Origin: Planctomycetota bacterium
Lineage (GTDB): Bacteria; Planctomycetota; Phycisphaerae; Phycisphaerales; SM1A02
Assembly (NCBI GenBank): GCA_902521645.1
Contig: CABYSN010000001.1
Location: 1,605 to 65,604, forward strand
DNA: 64,000 nt
Direction: 5' to 3'
The number at the start of each line of letters is the position of its first letter. Position 1 is the first letter of the stretch. The notes below the pieces were generated by a model. That model did not search any database. It saw nothing but the letters and a program-made list of their open reading frames with translations, and had not been told where the DNA came from. Shown here piece by piece: positions 9,138-18,670 of this stretch. Both the position numbers and the translations under genes were made by a program.

Positions 9138-10232
9138 TCATGAGGCTGCTTCTCTTCCCGATCTTCTTTGACGTCTTCTGATCTCGGGGTTTCCAAGCTG
9201 GCCGCATGCTGCCATGACGTCACGCCCCTTGGTGCCGCGTCTCTTGGTGAACTGTCCGTTCTCGGTCGCTCGTCTCACGAAGGCCTCCACCGAGGTTTCG
9301 CTGGGCGCGCACCATGGTGAATCCCTTCTCGGGTTGTAGGGGATCACGTTGAGCGAGCACCTCAGTGGCTCGAGCCAGCGGCAGAGGCGATCGCACTGTT
9401 CGAGGGAATCGTTGACTTCCGGAATCAGCACGTACTCCATGAGCAATGCCGAACCGCCGTGCAGTGGGAACGCCCGGAGGGACTCTCGCAATGCCTCCAT
9501 GTCCATCGCTCGATTGATCGGCATCAGACGATTTCGCACCTCATCGTCCGGTGCATTGACCGAGATCGCGAGATTGAGTCGGTGAAAACCGTCCTCGGAC
9601 ACCAGTTCCGAAAGGCGACGAATGCCGTCGATCCGGCCCACCGTGGAGATCGTGATTTTCGAACTGGGGATCGAAGGTCCGTTGTGATCGACCAGCACCC
9701 GTATGGCCCCGATCACCTGCTCGATGTTGTCCATCGGTTCGCCCATGCCCATGAAGACGATGTTGTTGACCTCATGGCCAAGGATGTGTCTTGCCGCGAA
9801 CCACTGGGCGACGATCTGAGCCGAGGAGAGATTTCGGATCAGGCCCATCTGAGCCGTTTCGCAGAAATCACAACCCATCGCACATCCGATCTGACTGGAG
9901 ACGCAGAGAGTACGGGTCCGACGTCCTCCTCGTCCCTGCATCGGGATGAGGACTGATTCTGTCTCATGCCGGACGTCCTCTCCCGAGCCGAGACGCAGCG
10001 TGAATTTGATGGTCTCTCCTTCGTCCTCTCGCCTGCCCATGGGCATGTCTTCCAGGGCGAACCAGTCACCATCTCCTCGACCTTCACGGTAGAAGTCACG
10101 ATAGGTCGAGATGGCATCGACCTTGGGTATTCCCAGCGCCTTCGACTCCTTCACGAAAGCCTGACTGGTCAGTCCCAGGATCTCCGGGCCATGGCTTTCC
10201 GGTCGAGTCGTCCTCGGTGACTTCGAACTCAT
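9138..10232 (-). CDS. rlmN: 23S rRNA/tRNA adenine-C2 methyltransferase, radical SAM
   Basis: 364 aa; radical-SAM cluster motif CAMGCDFCETAQ, MGMGEP, and a C-terminal Cys (MAACGQL). Confidence 0.9.
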   Translation of the reverse strand: MSSKSPRTTRPESHGPEILGLTSQAFVKESKALGIPKVDAISTYRDFYREGRGDGDWFALEDMPMGRREDEGETIKFTLRLGSGEDVRHETESVLIPMQGRGGRRTRTLCVSSQIGCAMGCDFCETAQMGLIRNLSSAQIVAQWFAARHILGHEVNNIVFMGMGEPMDNIEQVIGAIRVLVDHNGPSIPSSKITISTVGRIDGIRRLSELVSEDGFHRLNLAISVNAPDDEVRNRLMPINRAMDMEALRESLRAFPLHGGSALLMEYVLIPEVNDSLEQCDRLCRWLEPLRCSLNVIPYNPRRDSPWCAPSETSVEAFVRRATENGQFTKRRGTKGRDVMAACGQLGNPEIRRRQRRSGREAAS

Positions 10233-10888
10233 GAAGTCTCGCTTTCGAGGGCCGGTTCCGGGTCAGGGTCATCTTCAAGACCGGGGCCGGATCGTTCCTT
10301 GCCGGTTCGTCCGTAGATGAGCGACAGGTTTCTGAGGTAGATGAACCACCCGAGCCCCTGGCCGAGTATGCCCACGATGTCCTTGCGCCAGATGAAGTAG
10401 ACCAGCAGCATCGACGCGCCCATCAGGGACAACCACCAGAAGATGACCGGAACCGTGGAGCGCCCGCTGCGTTCGCTGACCATCCACTGCACCAGCATCC
10501 TGCCGGTGAACAAGGCCTGTCCCAGCAATCCGACCAGAACCCAGGCGATGCCGATCGGGCTGGTGATGTTGAAGAGGCGATTGATGAAATCCCGACTCTG
10601 TTCTCTCTGAAAATGGCGCTTGGCGAATTGGAGTGGTGTCAGGGTTTCGATCGTCCCGTCTGGTCGTTCCAGCCGGTAGACGAGGGTGCCGTCCTCCTGT
10701 TCGAGCAGGGAGATGTTCTCACCCCAGCCCTTGATCTCGATCGATGCCGAGCTCTGGTCCTGAGACCCGCAAGCGGCGTGGTTCCACTCGGATCCCACGG
10801 TCAGACCGATCATCATCATGATCAGGGCCAGCAGTATCGTCTTGGCAGGGTGGGTGGTCATCATCGGCAAGGTGGTCCTATTCGGCAA
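10229..10888 (-). CDS. membrane protein with lipid-A-biosynthesis N-terminal (LAB_N) domain
   Basis: 219 aa; GLLGQALFTGRMLVQWMVSERSGRSTVPVIFWWLSLMGASMLLVYFIWRKDIVGILGQ...YLRNL matches the LAB_N signature; ATGA overlap with rlmN. Confidence 0.7.
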   Translation of the reverse strand: MPNRTTLPMMTTHPAKTILLALIMMMIGLTVGSEWNHAACGSQDQSSASIEIKGWGENISLLEQEDGTLVYRLERPDGTIETLTPLQFAKRHFQREQSRDFINRLFNITSPIGIAWVLVGLLGQALFTGRMLVQWMVSERSGRSTVPVIFWWLSLMGASMLLVYFIWRKDIVGILGQGLGWFIYLRNLSLIYGRTGKERSGPGLEDDPDPEPALESETS

Positions 10889-10982
10889 GAGGTTGCTCAG
10901 AACATGGTATCACCTGCGCTGAAGCCGCTAGAATGGGAAGTTGATTCCTTTCACCAAGAACCTGCATCGAGAGCCTCCCCTC

Positions 10983-11381
10983 ATGCACATGCGCAATCCA
11001 GGTCATTCCCACGGTCCCCCGGTCGTTCCCGTGAAGTTCATTCTCGAGGACCCTGAAGGTCTCACCGAGACCGATCAGACGGAATGGAATCTCATGGGTG
11101 GCGTCGGGGAGAGCCTTCTTGAACTCGCGGTCGAGAACGGCATCAACATCGAACATGCCTGTGGCGCGGTCTGCGCCTGTTCGACCTGCCATGTCTATCT
11201 GGAGAAGGGCGAGAGCGAAATCTCCGAGGCGGAGGAGGACGAGGAGGATCGGGTCGAGGAAGCCCCGGGACTTCAAATCAACTCACGCCTCGCCTGTCAA
11301 TGCACCATCGAAGGTGAGGGGCCCATCGAGGTTCGCGTGCCCTCCTGGAATCGCAATGCCATCAAGGAAGTTCCGCACTGA
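10983..11381 (+). CDS. fdx: [2Fe-2S] ferredoxin, ISC/adrenodoxin type (start uncertain; the ORF-track TTG is at 10941)
   Basis: CGAVCACSTCHV ... RLACQ cysteine ligand pattern; length and acidic C-terminal half as in Fdx. Confidence 0.85.
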   Translation: MHMRNPGHSHGPPVVPVKFILEDPEGLTETDQTEWNLMGGVGESLLELAVENGINIEHACGAVCACSTCHVYLEKGESEISEAEEDEEDRVEEAPGLQINSRLACQCTIEGEGPIEVRVPSWNRNAIKEVPH

Positions 11382-11391
11382 TTGGATGTGA

Positions 11392-11616
11392 GTGATGAAC
11401 GAGAACGGTGGCGATTACCACTGGCTCGACGTGGCTCGAATCGCCGAGGAGCTCGCCGATGCCCATCCGAACGGCGATCCCGTCGCGGTCACCTTTCCCG
11501 AACTCAAGGCGCTGGTGCTCGCGCTGCCCGGCTTTCAGGAACGTGAAGGACATCGGTGCAACGAAAGAATTCTCGAAGCGATCCAGCAGGGATGGATCGA
11601 GGAGTGCGCCGAATGA
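11392..11616 (+). CDS. iscX: Fe-S assembly accessory protein IscX (YfhJ)
   Basis: 74 aa; WLDVARIAEELADAHPNGDP...FPELKALV...CNERILEAIQQGWIEE parallels E. coli IscX (NEKILEAI..W..E). Confidence 0.75.
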   Translation: MMNENGGDYHWLDVARIAEELADAHPNGDPVAVTFPELKALVLALPGFQEREGHRCNERILEAIQQGWIEECAE

Positions 11617-12599
11617 CGGTCTATGCCGCCTGCTGCCAGACGGCTTTCGACTGTCCCGGCCACCGTGACCAGATCGCTTCCCGTGTCGATCGGATGCTTG
11701 AGATGGCCGATGGTGCGATCACGGGATACGCGCCCTTTCATGACATCCGTCTCATCGTGTTTCCCGAATTCGCGCATGCCGCTCCCATGTATCCCACGGT
11801 CGAGGAACTCGATCGTGAGCTCGCCGTGGAGATGCCCAATGAACACATCGATCGATATGCGAAATTCTGTGCGAAGCGGGGGGTGTACATCCAGACCGGG
11901 AGCTTCATCGAACGCGATCCCGCCCATCCGGGCGTGCTCTTCAACAGCACCGCGCTCGTCGGTCCTGAGGGCCTGCTCTCCGTCTATCGCAAGGTGAATC
12001 CCTGGATCCCCTGGGAATTGCATGCGAGCCCCCATGATCTCGCGAACTACGACCGCGATCCCTTTCCGGTGGTGGAGACCGAGATCGGCCGCATCGGATG
12101 TGCGATCTGCTACGACTGGCTCTTTCCCGAGACCATCCGTCAGCTCGCCTTCAACGGAGCGGAGATCCTGCTCCGGGTGAGTGCCTACATGGACCCGTGG
12201 GGGGCGACCGCTCCGATGGATTGGTGGACTCTCTTCAATCGTGCTCGAGCCGTCGAGAACACCGCCCTCGTCGTGGCCTGCAACCAGGGCGCGTCGCTGT
12301 CTCAGTACGGGCCCTTCTCCTGGCCTGGCGGCAGCATGCTCGTGGATTGGGACGGTCGCATTCTCAGTCAGGCCTCGCCCGGTCCCGGGGAACAGATCGT
12401 CGTGGGCCCCATCGACGTGACGACCCTTCGCGCCGAGCGGAAACGTCGTGTCGGCCATGACATGCTCGGGCATCTTCGAAGCGAGGCGCACACGTATCTG
12501 AACGACTCGCATCTGGAACCTGCCGAAGGCTGTCCGGCCCCCGACGAACTGGCGGCACGAATCGCGCGTTCCAAGGATCGACTCGGAAAGGACTCCTGA
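11613..12599 (+). CDS. carbon-nitrogen hydrolase (nitrilase/amidase superfamily)
   Basis: Start moved to the ATG at 11613, which overlaps the iscX TGA (ATGA). E-K-C triad contexts VFPEF, YRKVNPW, CAICYDWLFPE. Confidence 0.8.
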   Translation: MTVYAACCQTAFDCPGHRDQIASRVDRMLEMADGAITGYAPFHDIRLIVFPEFAHAAPMYPTVEELDRELAVEMPNEHIDRYAKFCAKRGVYIQTGSFIERDPAHPGVLFNSTALVGPEGLLSVYRKVNPWIPWELHASPHDLANYDRDPFPVVETEIGRIGCAICYDWLFPETIRQLAFNGAEILLRVSAYMDPWGATAPMDWWTLFNRARAVENTALVVACNQGASLSQYGPFSWPGGSMLVDWDGRILSQASPGPGEQIVVGPIDVTTLRAERKRRVGHDMLGHLRSEAHTYLNDSHLEPAEGCPAPDELAARIARSKDRLGKDS

Positions 12600-15500
12600 T
12601 GAGGCTTTCAGGTCTTTTGATTCTGCTTTCATGCGTTCTCTGGAACGGGTGCGGACGGCAGCCGTCTCCACCTGTCGATGAGGCCGTATTCGTCGACGCA
12701 TTGAACGAGGGTGTCGGTCTCATGGGCCGCTTCGAATTCGAGGCGGCGGGGACCGCGTTCGCACGTGCGGTCGAGATGCGACCCGGTTCACTGATCGCCC
12801 GACTGGATGAGGGAATCTCGATTCTCAACCGCAGTGACGACGACGCGCAGATCATCGCTCTTGATCTCTTCCGTGCATTGCTGATCGAGCATCCCCTCGA
12901 TCCTCGGATCAATTACTGCGCCGCACTGGCGCTTCAATATCTCGGGCGCCCCGAGGAAGCCATGACGCATCTGGAGATCGTTCTGGAACAGGCTCCCGAG
13001 GATGCCTACGGAACCTACTTTCTCGCCCAGGCGCTGGAGCAGACCGGGGCGTACGAACGCGCGCGTGACCTCTTCCTTCGTGCCGCACGGCTCGATCCCT
13101 ACTTGAGAAGTTCATGGCTCGGTCTCCAGCGTTGCGAGGCACGACTCGGAAACGACAAGGCCGCAGTCGCTGCGCTCGCCGAATTCGAATCACTCGCGCT
13201 GAATCCCCGATCACGTCTCGCGGAGTATCGCTACACGAGAATGGGCCCGTTGTCACTGGCACTTGCCGGTCCTTCGGAGGATCCGCCCATTGTCGATGTC
13301 TCCATCGCGTCCTCGTTCGAACCTTCGGAGCCACTGCTCGACCGCGCTTTCAAGACGGGCGGTTCGCTTCAGGTGGTCGACCTCGATGGTGACGGTGTGC
13401 CCGAGATCGTCGCCTCCGGCGTGGAGGATCGGGGCAGGAGTTCGATTCTGAGGAAGACCGGGGACACCGCTTCAGGCTGGGGCATCGATGCAGAGCATCC
13501 CCTCTGCGAGATCACCTCGGTGAACTGCATGCTGTTCGGCGACATCAATTCCGACGGCCTGGTCGATGCCTATGTGTGTCGCAAGGGTGAGGATCATCTC
13601 ATGATCCAGGGAGAGACAGGCGCCTGGACCCGGACCCTCGAGATGCCCGTTTCCGATGTCGACACGGTCGACGGTGCCATCGCGGATCTCGATCATGACG
13701 GGGATCTCGACGTCTTCGCGGTCAATGCCGATGGTCCCGACCTCCTTTTGAACAACAATGGTGATGGGACCTATCGAGACATCGCGGGTCAAGCCGGAGT
13801 CTCCGGTGGTGACCGGCCGTCGCGCAGGGTGCTCGTGGCGGATGTCGATCTGGATCGTGATGCCGATCTGATCGTTCTCCATGACGCACCTCCGCATGCG
13901 GTCTATCTCAACGATCGACTCTGGTCCTATGCACGTTCCCCGGCCTTCGAGTCGTTCGAATCGTCTCCCTTGCTCGCCGTGTCATCGCGGTACGGGACGG
14001 AGAACGGTCTGCCGGTTCTTCGCACGATCGAGGAGGGAGGCATCGCCTCGAACTGGGCGCGATCAAGCGGTTCCGAGGCTTCATGGTCGGCGACTGGGCG
14101 CAAGGTCCTCTGTCTCGAGTCTCCTCGTTCGGTGGATCTGCTCCCCATCGATTGCACCGGAGACGGTCGCGAGGAACTCGTGGTGCGGACCGAGGACGCC
14201 CTCTACTTTCTTTCGCATGACAACACGGTGCTCGCATCCTTCGCTTCGGATGAACCGCTTTCAATGATCGCATCGATCGTGGTTGATCCCTCCCGAGGTC
14301 CGGGAGTGCTGACCCTCTCCGAACATGGTGCTCTCGAAGCTCGATGGCCCGCCACCGAAGTGGATGGTCGTCCCGCCCGTGGAGCGTACGCTTCGGTGTT
14401 CTTCAGCGGGCGTGACGATCCCGCTCAGCAGATGCGCTCCAACACCAGTGGCATCGGTGTCCGTTGGGCGGCTCGACTCGGCTCGAGCTGGCAGGCCGGG
14501 GCCACCTGGCGTTCCGGTTCCGGACCTGGTCAGGGCCTGCAACCGCAGATGATCGGCATGGGCGACGTGTCTCGAATCGACTTTCTCGAGATCGACTGGC
14601 CCGACGGCGTTTTTCAGACCGAACTCCAAATGACCTCCGGTTCTCACCGTATCGGAGAGATCCAGCGACAGATCTCATCCTGCCCCCTCGTCTTCACCCG
14701 CGCAGATGGGGATGCGCCATTCGAATTCATCACCGACGTCCTCGGGGTCGGTGGCATGGGTGCGATGGTCTCGCCGGGCGTGACCGCGCCCTCGAGGCCG
14801 CTCGAGTCGCTTCTGCTTCATGAACCGCCGGCAGAACTGCGACTGGCCGAACCCATGGAGGAGGCGTGTTATCTGGATTCGATCGGTGTGACGGTCTACG
14901 ACGTTCCGGAGGAATGGGAACTCGTTCTTGATGAGCGCCTGGCCACCGCCGCCCCGGAAGCGACCTCCAGGCCGATGATCATCACCGAGGTGTTCGCACC
15001 TCGAGCCGCCCGTACGCACCATCTGCCCGATGTTCTCGAGGAGGTCCTCGAGGGCGATCTTCTCGCGGTCGATCCGGGTCCGGCCGATCCACGATTCATC
15101 GGTCTGCTTCGGGAACCCTCTCTGCTCGAGATCGAGTTCGCCGAACCGATCGATCGATGCGACGTTCTGCTTGCCGAGGGCTGGGTGGAATATCCCTACT
15201 CCCAGACCGTCTTCGCGGCATGGCAGGCCGGCAGCAGCTACGAGGCGCCGACTCTCGAGGCACGAACCGAATCCGGTGACTGGGTGACGGTCTCCGCCTC
15301 ATTCGGGTATCCGGCAGGGATGCCCCGTGCGATGGCACTGCCACTTCCCCGGCTCCCCGAAGGCTGCCGTGCATTGCGTCTTCGAAGCAATCAGGAGATC
15401 TACTGGGACCGGATTCGCCTGGGTGTCCGGGGAGATTTCAAGCCGTCAGGTCTCGAGGTGCCCATGCAGAGTGCGTCTCTCGCATTCTGTGGATTTCCTC

Positions 15501-15889
15501 ATCGAAGCACCGGGCCTCAGCGTCAGCCGATGTACGACTACGGCCATCGTGATCAATACGGTGACGTCCGACATCAGCCGGGCTTCTACACCAACTTCGG
15601 ACCCTGTCTCGAACTCGTCGCCGAGACCGATGACGCCTGTGCCATCATCGGCCCGGGAGAGGAGATCAGGTTCAGATTCGACACCACCGCCGAGCATCTG
15701 GGATCGCCTGCACCGGGCATGCGCAGGCACTGGGTGCTCAACCTCGCCGGCTGGTGCAAGGACATGGATCTCTTCACATATCAGGGGGAGCGACTCGAAC
15801 CGCTGCCTTCGAGAGACGGTGATGGGCCGGATCTTTCCGCTCGCACTCTGATGCAGCGATACAACCATCGTTTCGCTGCAGGAAGATGA
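12599..15889 (+). CDS. lipoprotein: N-terminal TPR + FG-GAP/VCBS beta-propeller + ASPIC/UnbV domain (CRTAC1-like) + ~400-aa uncharacterised C-terminal region
   Basis: 1096 aa; lipobox LLSCVLWNGC; repeated DLDGDGxxE / DINSDGLVD / DLDHDGDLD calcium-type FG-GAP loops; SNTSGIGVRW...IDFLEIDWPDG (UnbV_ASPIC-like). Confidence 0.75.
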   Translation: MRLSGLLILLSCVLWNGCGRQPSPPVDEAVFVDALNEGVGLMGRFEFEAAGTAFARAVEMRPGSLIARLDEGISILNRSDDDAQIIALDLFRALLIEHPLDPRINYCAALALQYLGRPEEAMTHLEIVLEQAPEDAYGTYFLAQALEQTGAYERARDLFLRAARLDPYLRSSWLGLQRCEARLGNDKAAVAALAEFESLALNPRSRLAEYRYTRMGPLSLALAGPSEDPPIVDVSIASSFEPSEPLLDRAFKTGGSLQVVDLDGDGVPEIVASGVEDRGRSSILRKTGDTASGWGIDAEHPLCEITSVNCMLFGDINSDGLVDAYVCRKGEDHLMIQGETGAWTRTLEMPVSDVDTVDGAIADLDHDGDLDVFAVNADGPDLLLNNNGDGTYRDIAGQAGVSGGDRPSRRVLVADVDLDRDADLIVLHDAPPHAVYLNDRLWSYARSPAFESFESSPLLAVSSRYGTENGLPVLRTIEEGGIASNWARSSGSEASWSATGRKVLCLESPRSVDLLPIDCTGDGREELVVRTEDALYFLSHDNTVLASFASDEPLSMIASIVVDPSRGPGVLTLSEHGALEARWPATEVDGRPARGAYASVFFSGRDDPAQQMRSNTSGIGVRWAARLGSSWQAGATWRSGSGPGQGLQPQMIGMGDVSRIDFLEIDWPDGVFQTELQMTSGSHRIGEIQRQISSCPLVFTRADGDAPFEFITDVLGVGGMGAMVSPGVTAPSRPLESLLLHEPPAELRLAEPMEEACYLDSIGVTVYDVPEEWELVLDERLATAAPEATSRPMIITEVFAPRAARTHHLPDVLEEVLEGDLLAVDPGPADPRFIGLLREPSLLEIEFAEPIDRCDVLLAEGWVEYPYSQTVFAAWQAGSSYEAPTLEARTESGDWVTVSASFGYPAGMPRAMALPLPRLPEGCRALRLRSNQEIYWDRIRLGVRGDFKPSGLEVPMQSASLAFCGFPHRSTGPQRQPMYDYGHRDQYGDVRHQPGFYTNFGPCLELVAETDDACAIIGPGEEIRFRFDTTAEHLGSPAPGMRRHWVLNLAGWCKDMDLFTYQGERLEPLPSRDGDGPDLSARTLMQRYNHRFAAGR

Positions 15890-15925
15890 TGTTTTTGGCA
15901 TTCTGGACCTTAAGATGATGTCACG

Positions 15926-18670
15926 ATGAACGAGTCGTCAAGAAACGAACGCTTTCGCGTGGTCACGCCCCGCTTGCGTCGGATCCTGCTGGTTGTCCTG
16001 GTGGGTTTCGGGGTCATGTCGATCGATTCGATCTATCTGCTCGGCGTCCGTTTCTTCGCCGAAGTCGCGGCGACGCCTTCCGACACGCTGCTCTCGATCT
16101 GGGCGTTTCTGATTCATGTGGTGCTGGGACTGGTGCTGGTGGTGCCCGTCGTGCTGTACGGATTCGGTCATCTGATGAGAGCACGGCGTTCCCCGAATCG
16201 AAACGCCAAGCGAGTGGGCTACGTTCTTTTCGGGGCGTCACTGGTGCTGCTCGTCTCGGGAATTCTGCTGTTGCGAATCGAAGGCCTCTTCACCCCGTTC
16301 GACGATGGAGATTCCCGTTCACTGGTGTGGTGGGCGCATGTCCTGGCGCCGCTGGTGGTGGTCTGGCTGTTCATCGCACATCGCATGGTCGGTCCTCGAC
16401 TCCAGTGGCGCGTCGGTGTTCGGTGGGCGGGCGTCGGAACGGGAGTGCTCGGTGCTCTTTTCGTCTTTCATTCCAACACCGGTGAACCCTTGATCAGGGA
16501 TCTCGACACCTCGGGGATGAATCTCACCAATGCCAGGATCAGCGGCACCGATCTGATTTCGGTCGATGATCTGACCGACGTCGCTTCCTGCATCGCCTGT
16601 CATCCCGATGTGCATGCCTCCTGGTCGGGGAGTGCGCATCGCTTCTCATCGTTCGACAATCCCATCTACGCCGCCACCGCCAGAGACGCACGGATCGGCG
16701 GCGTGCATCTCTCCAATTTCTGTGCGGGGTGTCATGATCCGGTGCTGCTCGCCTCCGGCACTCTTGATGATCCGCGTCTCGACGATGCTTCGATCGACCC
16801 GGCTTCCATTCCCGGTGCCACCGCCGGTGTCAACTGTCTGGTCTGTCATTCGATCGTCGATGCCGAGCCTTCTGGAAACGGTTCATGGACGATTCATCCA
16901 CCCACACGCTATCCCTTTCACGATTCGGACTGGAGCGGCCTGCAATGGGTGAACCGTCAGCTGATTCGTGCCCGGCCCGAACTCCACGCCCGCACCATGC
17001 TCGTGCCGGGGGTCACCGACTCGGCCGTCTTCTGCGGCAGTTGTCACAAGGCATGGATTCCAGAGGATGTCAATGACTATCGCTGGCTGGCCGGTCAGAA
17101 CCATTACGACTCATGGCGGTTGAGCGGCGTCTCCGGACACGGACTCGACTCGTGGCGATGGCCCGATCAAGCCATCACCGACTGCAACACGTGCCACATG
17201 CCGCTGCAGCCTTCGACCGGCATGGCCGCCCGGATTCGCGACGATTCATCGGTTCTGAAGGTGCATGATCATCAGTTCGCCTCCGGCAACACCGCGCTCA
17301 TGGAACTTCTCCAGTTGCCGGACAAGGCGGAGCGTCTGGCTGCGAGTGAAGCCGCCCTTCGAGGTTCGATGCGGGTCGACATCATCGGCCTGAGAGAGGG
17401 GGGCGTTATCGACGGCGCCTTCATCGGTCCGTTGCGACCCGAGATCCCCACTCTGGTCGGTGGGCGACCGTATCTCCTGGAGGTCGTCAGTCGAAACCTC
17501 TCCACCGGGCATGCCTTCACGCAGGGCACCTCGGACAGCAATGAGATCTGGTTGGAACTGACCGTTCGTGATGGTGGGAGAATCATCGCCCACAGCGGTC
17601 TGATCGATGACTCCGGGGTGGTCGATCCTGATGCGTATCGATTGAATTCGTTCGTGATCGACTCCGAAGGCTATCGGGTCGAGAATCGAGCTGCCGGGCG
17701 TATCTTCACCAAGGTCTACGACCACCAGGTCCCGCCCGGTTCCGGATCGGTCACGCATTACATGCTCGATGTTCCCGAGGATTCCAGTGGACCGCTGACG
17801 ATCGAGGTCGTGATGCGGTATCGAAAGTTCGACGAACAGTTGATGCAATTCGTCTACGGCTGCGTCGAGGGAACCGAATTGGTGAAGACGCTTCCAGCGG
17901 TGGAGATCGCTCGTGACTCCGTGACTCTTCCACTCGATGCTGACGATTCGGTCGAGTCGACACCGCCTCCGGCCGAGGCCTGGGAACGACTGTACGACTA
18001 TGGAATCGGCTTGTTCCGAACCGGAAAGCAGGGGAGCTTCCGGCAGTCCGAGGAGGCCTTTGAAATGGTCGAATCCCTCGGCCGCCTGGAAGGTGCGTTC
18101 GGACTTGCGCGAGTGCTCGAGCGGGAAGGTCGTCTCAACGAAGCGATCGCATCGCTTGAACGTGCCTCCGTCCCCGGGTCGACGGTGATGCCCTGGGGCA
18201 TCACCTATCTCTCGGGTCAGATCGATCTCAAGCGAGGTCGATTCGATTCCGCGCGCGAACGTCTCGAGGCTCTCGCGTTCGACCAGGCGGCCCGTTTCCC
18301 GGGAGCGACCGCACGAGGTTTCGATTTTCATGGATACGACGATCTGCTTCTCTCACTGGCCGGATTGGAACTGCGAGAGGCGAGCTCCGGAGATGTCGAG
18401 CCCTACGAGAAGGCATTGGACATGCTGGAGACCGTGTTGAATCGGAATCCTGAATCAGCACGTGCCTACTGGCTTCGTGCGCAGGCGCAGGAAGGCCTCG
18501 GCCGCTCCGAGGATGCGGTACGTTCCCGTGAGCTCAATGCGCGATACCGCGTCGACGAACAAGCCGGAGAGCAGGCGGTCAGAGAGGCTCGAAAGCGATA
18601 TCCTGCCGCCGATCATGCCGCGAACCCTCAGGCGATCTACACCCTTTCCCGTGAGACGGTGGCGCCATGA
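15926..18670 (+). CDS. membrane-anchored multihaem c-type cytochrome with C-terminal TPR region
   Basis: 914 aa; about 5 N-terminal TM helices carrying conserved His; five CxxCH motifs (CIACH, CAGCH, CLVCH, CGSCH, CNTCH); TPR-like helical repeats in the last ~250 aa. Confidence 0.65.
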   Translation: MNESSRNERFRVVTPRLRRILLVVLVGFGVMSIDSIYLLGVRFFAEVAATPSDTLLSIWAFLIHVVLGLVLVVPVVLYGFGHLMRARRSPNRNAKRVGYVLFGASLVLLVSGILLLRIEGLFTPFDDGDSRSLVWWAHVLAPLVVVWLFIAHRMVGPRLQWRVGVRWAGVGTGVLGALFVFHSNTGEPLIRDLDTSGMNLTNARISGTDLISVDDLTDVASCIACHPDVHASWSGSAHRFSSFDNPIYAATARDARIGGVHLSNFCAGCHDPVLLASGTLDDPRLDDASIDPASIPGATAGVNCLVCHSIVDAEPSGNGSWTIHPPTRYPFHDSDWSGLQWVNRQLIRARPELHARTMLVPGVTDSAVFCGSCHKAWIPEDVNDYRWLAGQNHYDSWRLSGVSGHGLDSWRWPDQAITDCNTCHMPLQPSTGMAARIRDDSSVLKVHDHQFASGNTALMELLQLPDKAERLAASEAALRGSMRVDIIGLREGGVIDGAFIGPLRPEIPTLVGGRPYLLEVVSRNLSTGHAFTQGTSDSNEIWLELTVRDGGRIIAHSGLIDDSGVVDPDAYRLNSFVIDSEGYRVENRAAGRIFTKVYDHQVPPGSGSVTHYMLDVPEDSSGPLTIEVVMRYRKFDEQLMQFVYGCVEGTELVKTLPAVEIARDSVTLPLDADDSVESTPPPAEAWERLYDYGIGLFRTGKQGSFRQSEEAFEMVESLGRLEGAFGLARVLEREGRLNEAIASLERASVPGSTVMPWGITYLSGQIDLKRGRFDSARERLEALAFDQAARFPGATARGFDFHGYDDLLLSLAGLELREASSGDVEPYEKALDMLETVLNRNPESARAYWLRAQAQEGLGRSEDAVRSRELNARYRVDEQAGEQAVREARKRYPAADHAANPQAIYTLSRETVAP

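Noticed and set aside
10881-10897. Sigma-54-like sequence TCGGCAAGAGGTTGCTC upstream of fdx
   Set aside because: The GG-to-GC spacing is 9 nt instead of the strictly required 10, and the -24 element has two mismatches.
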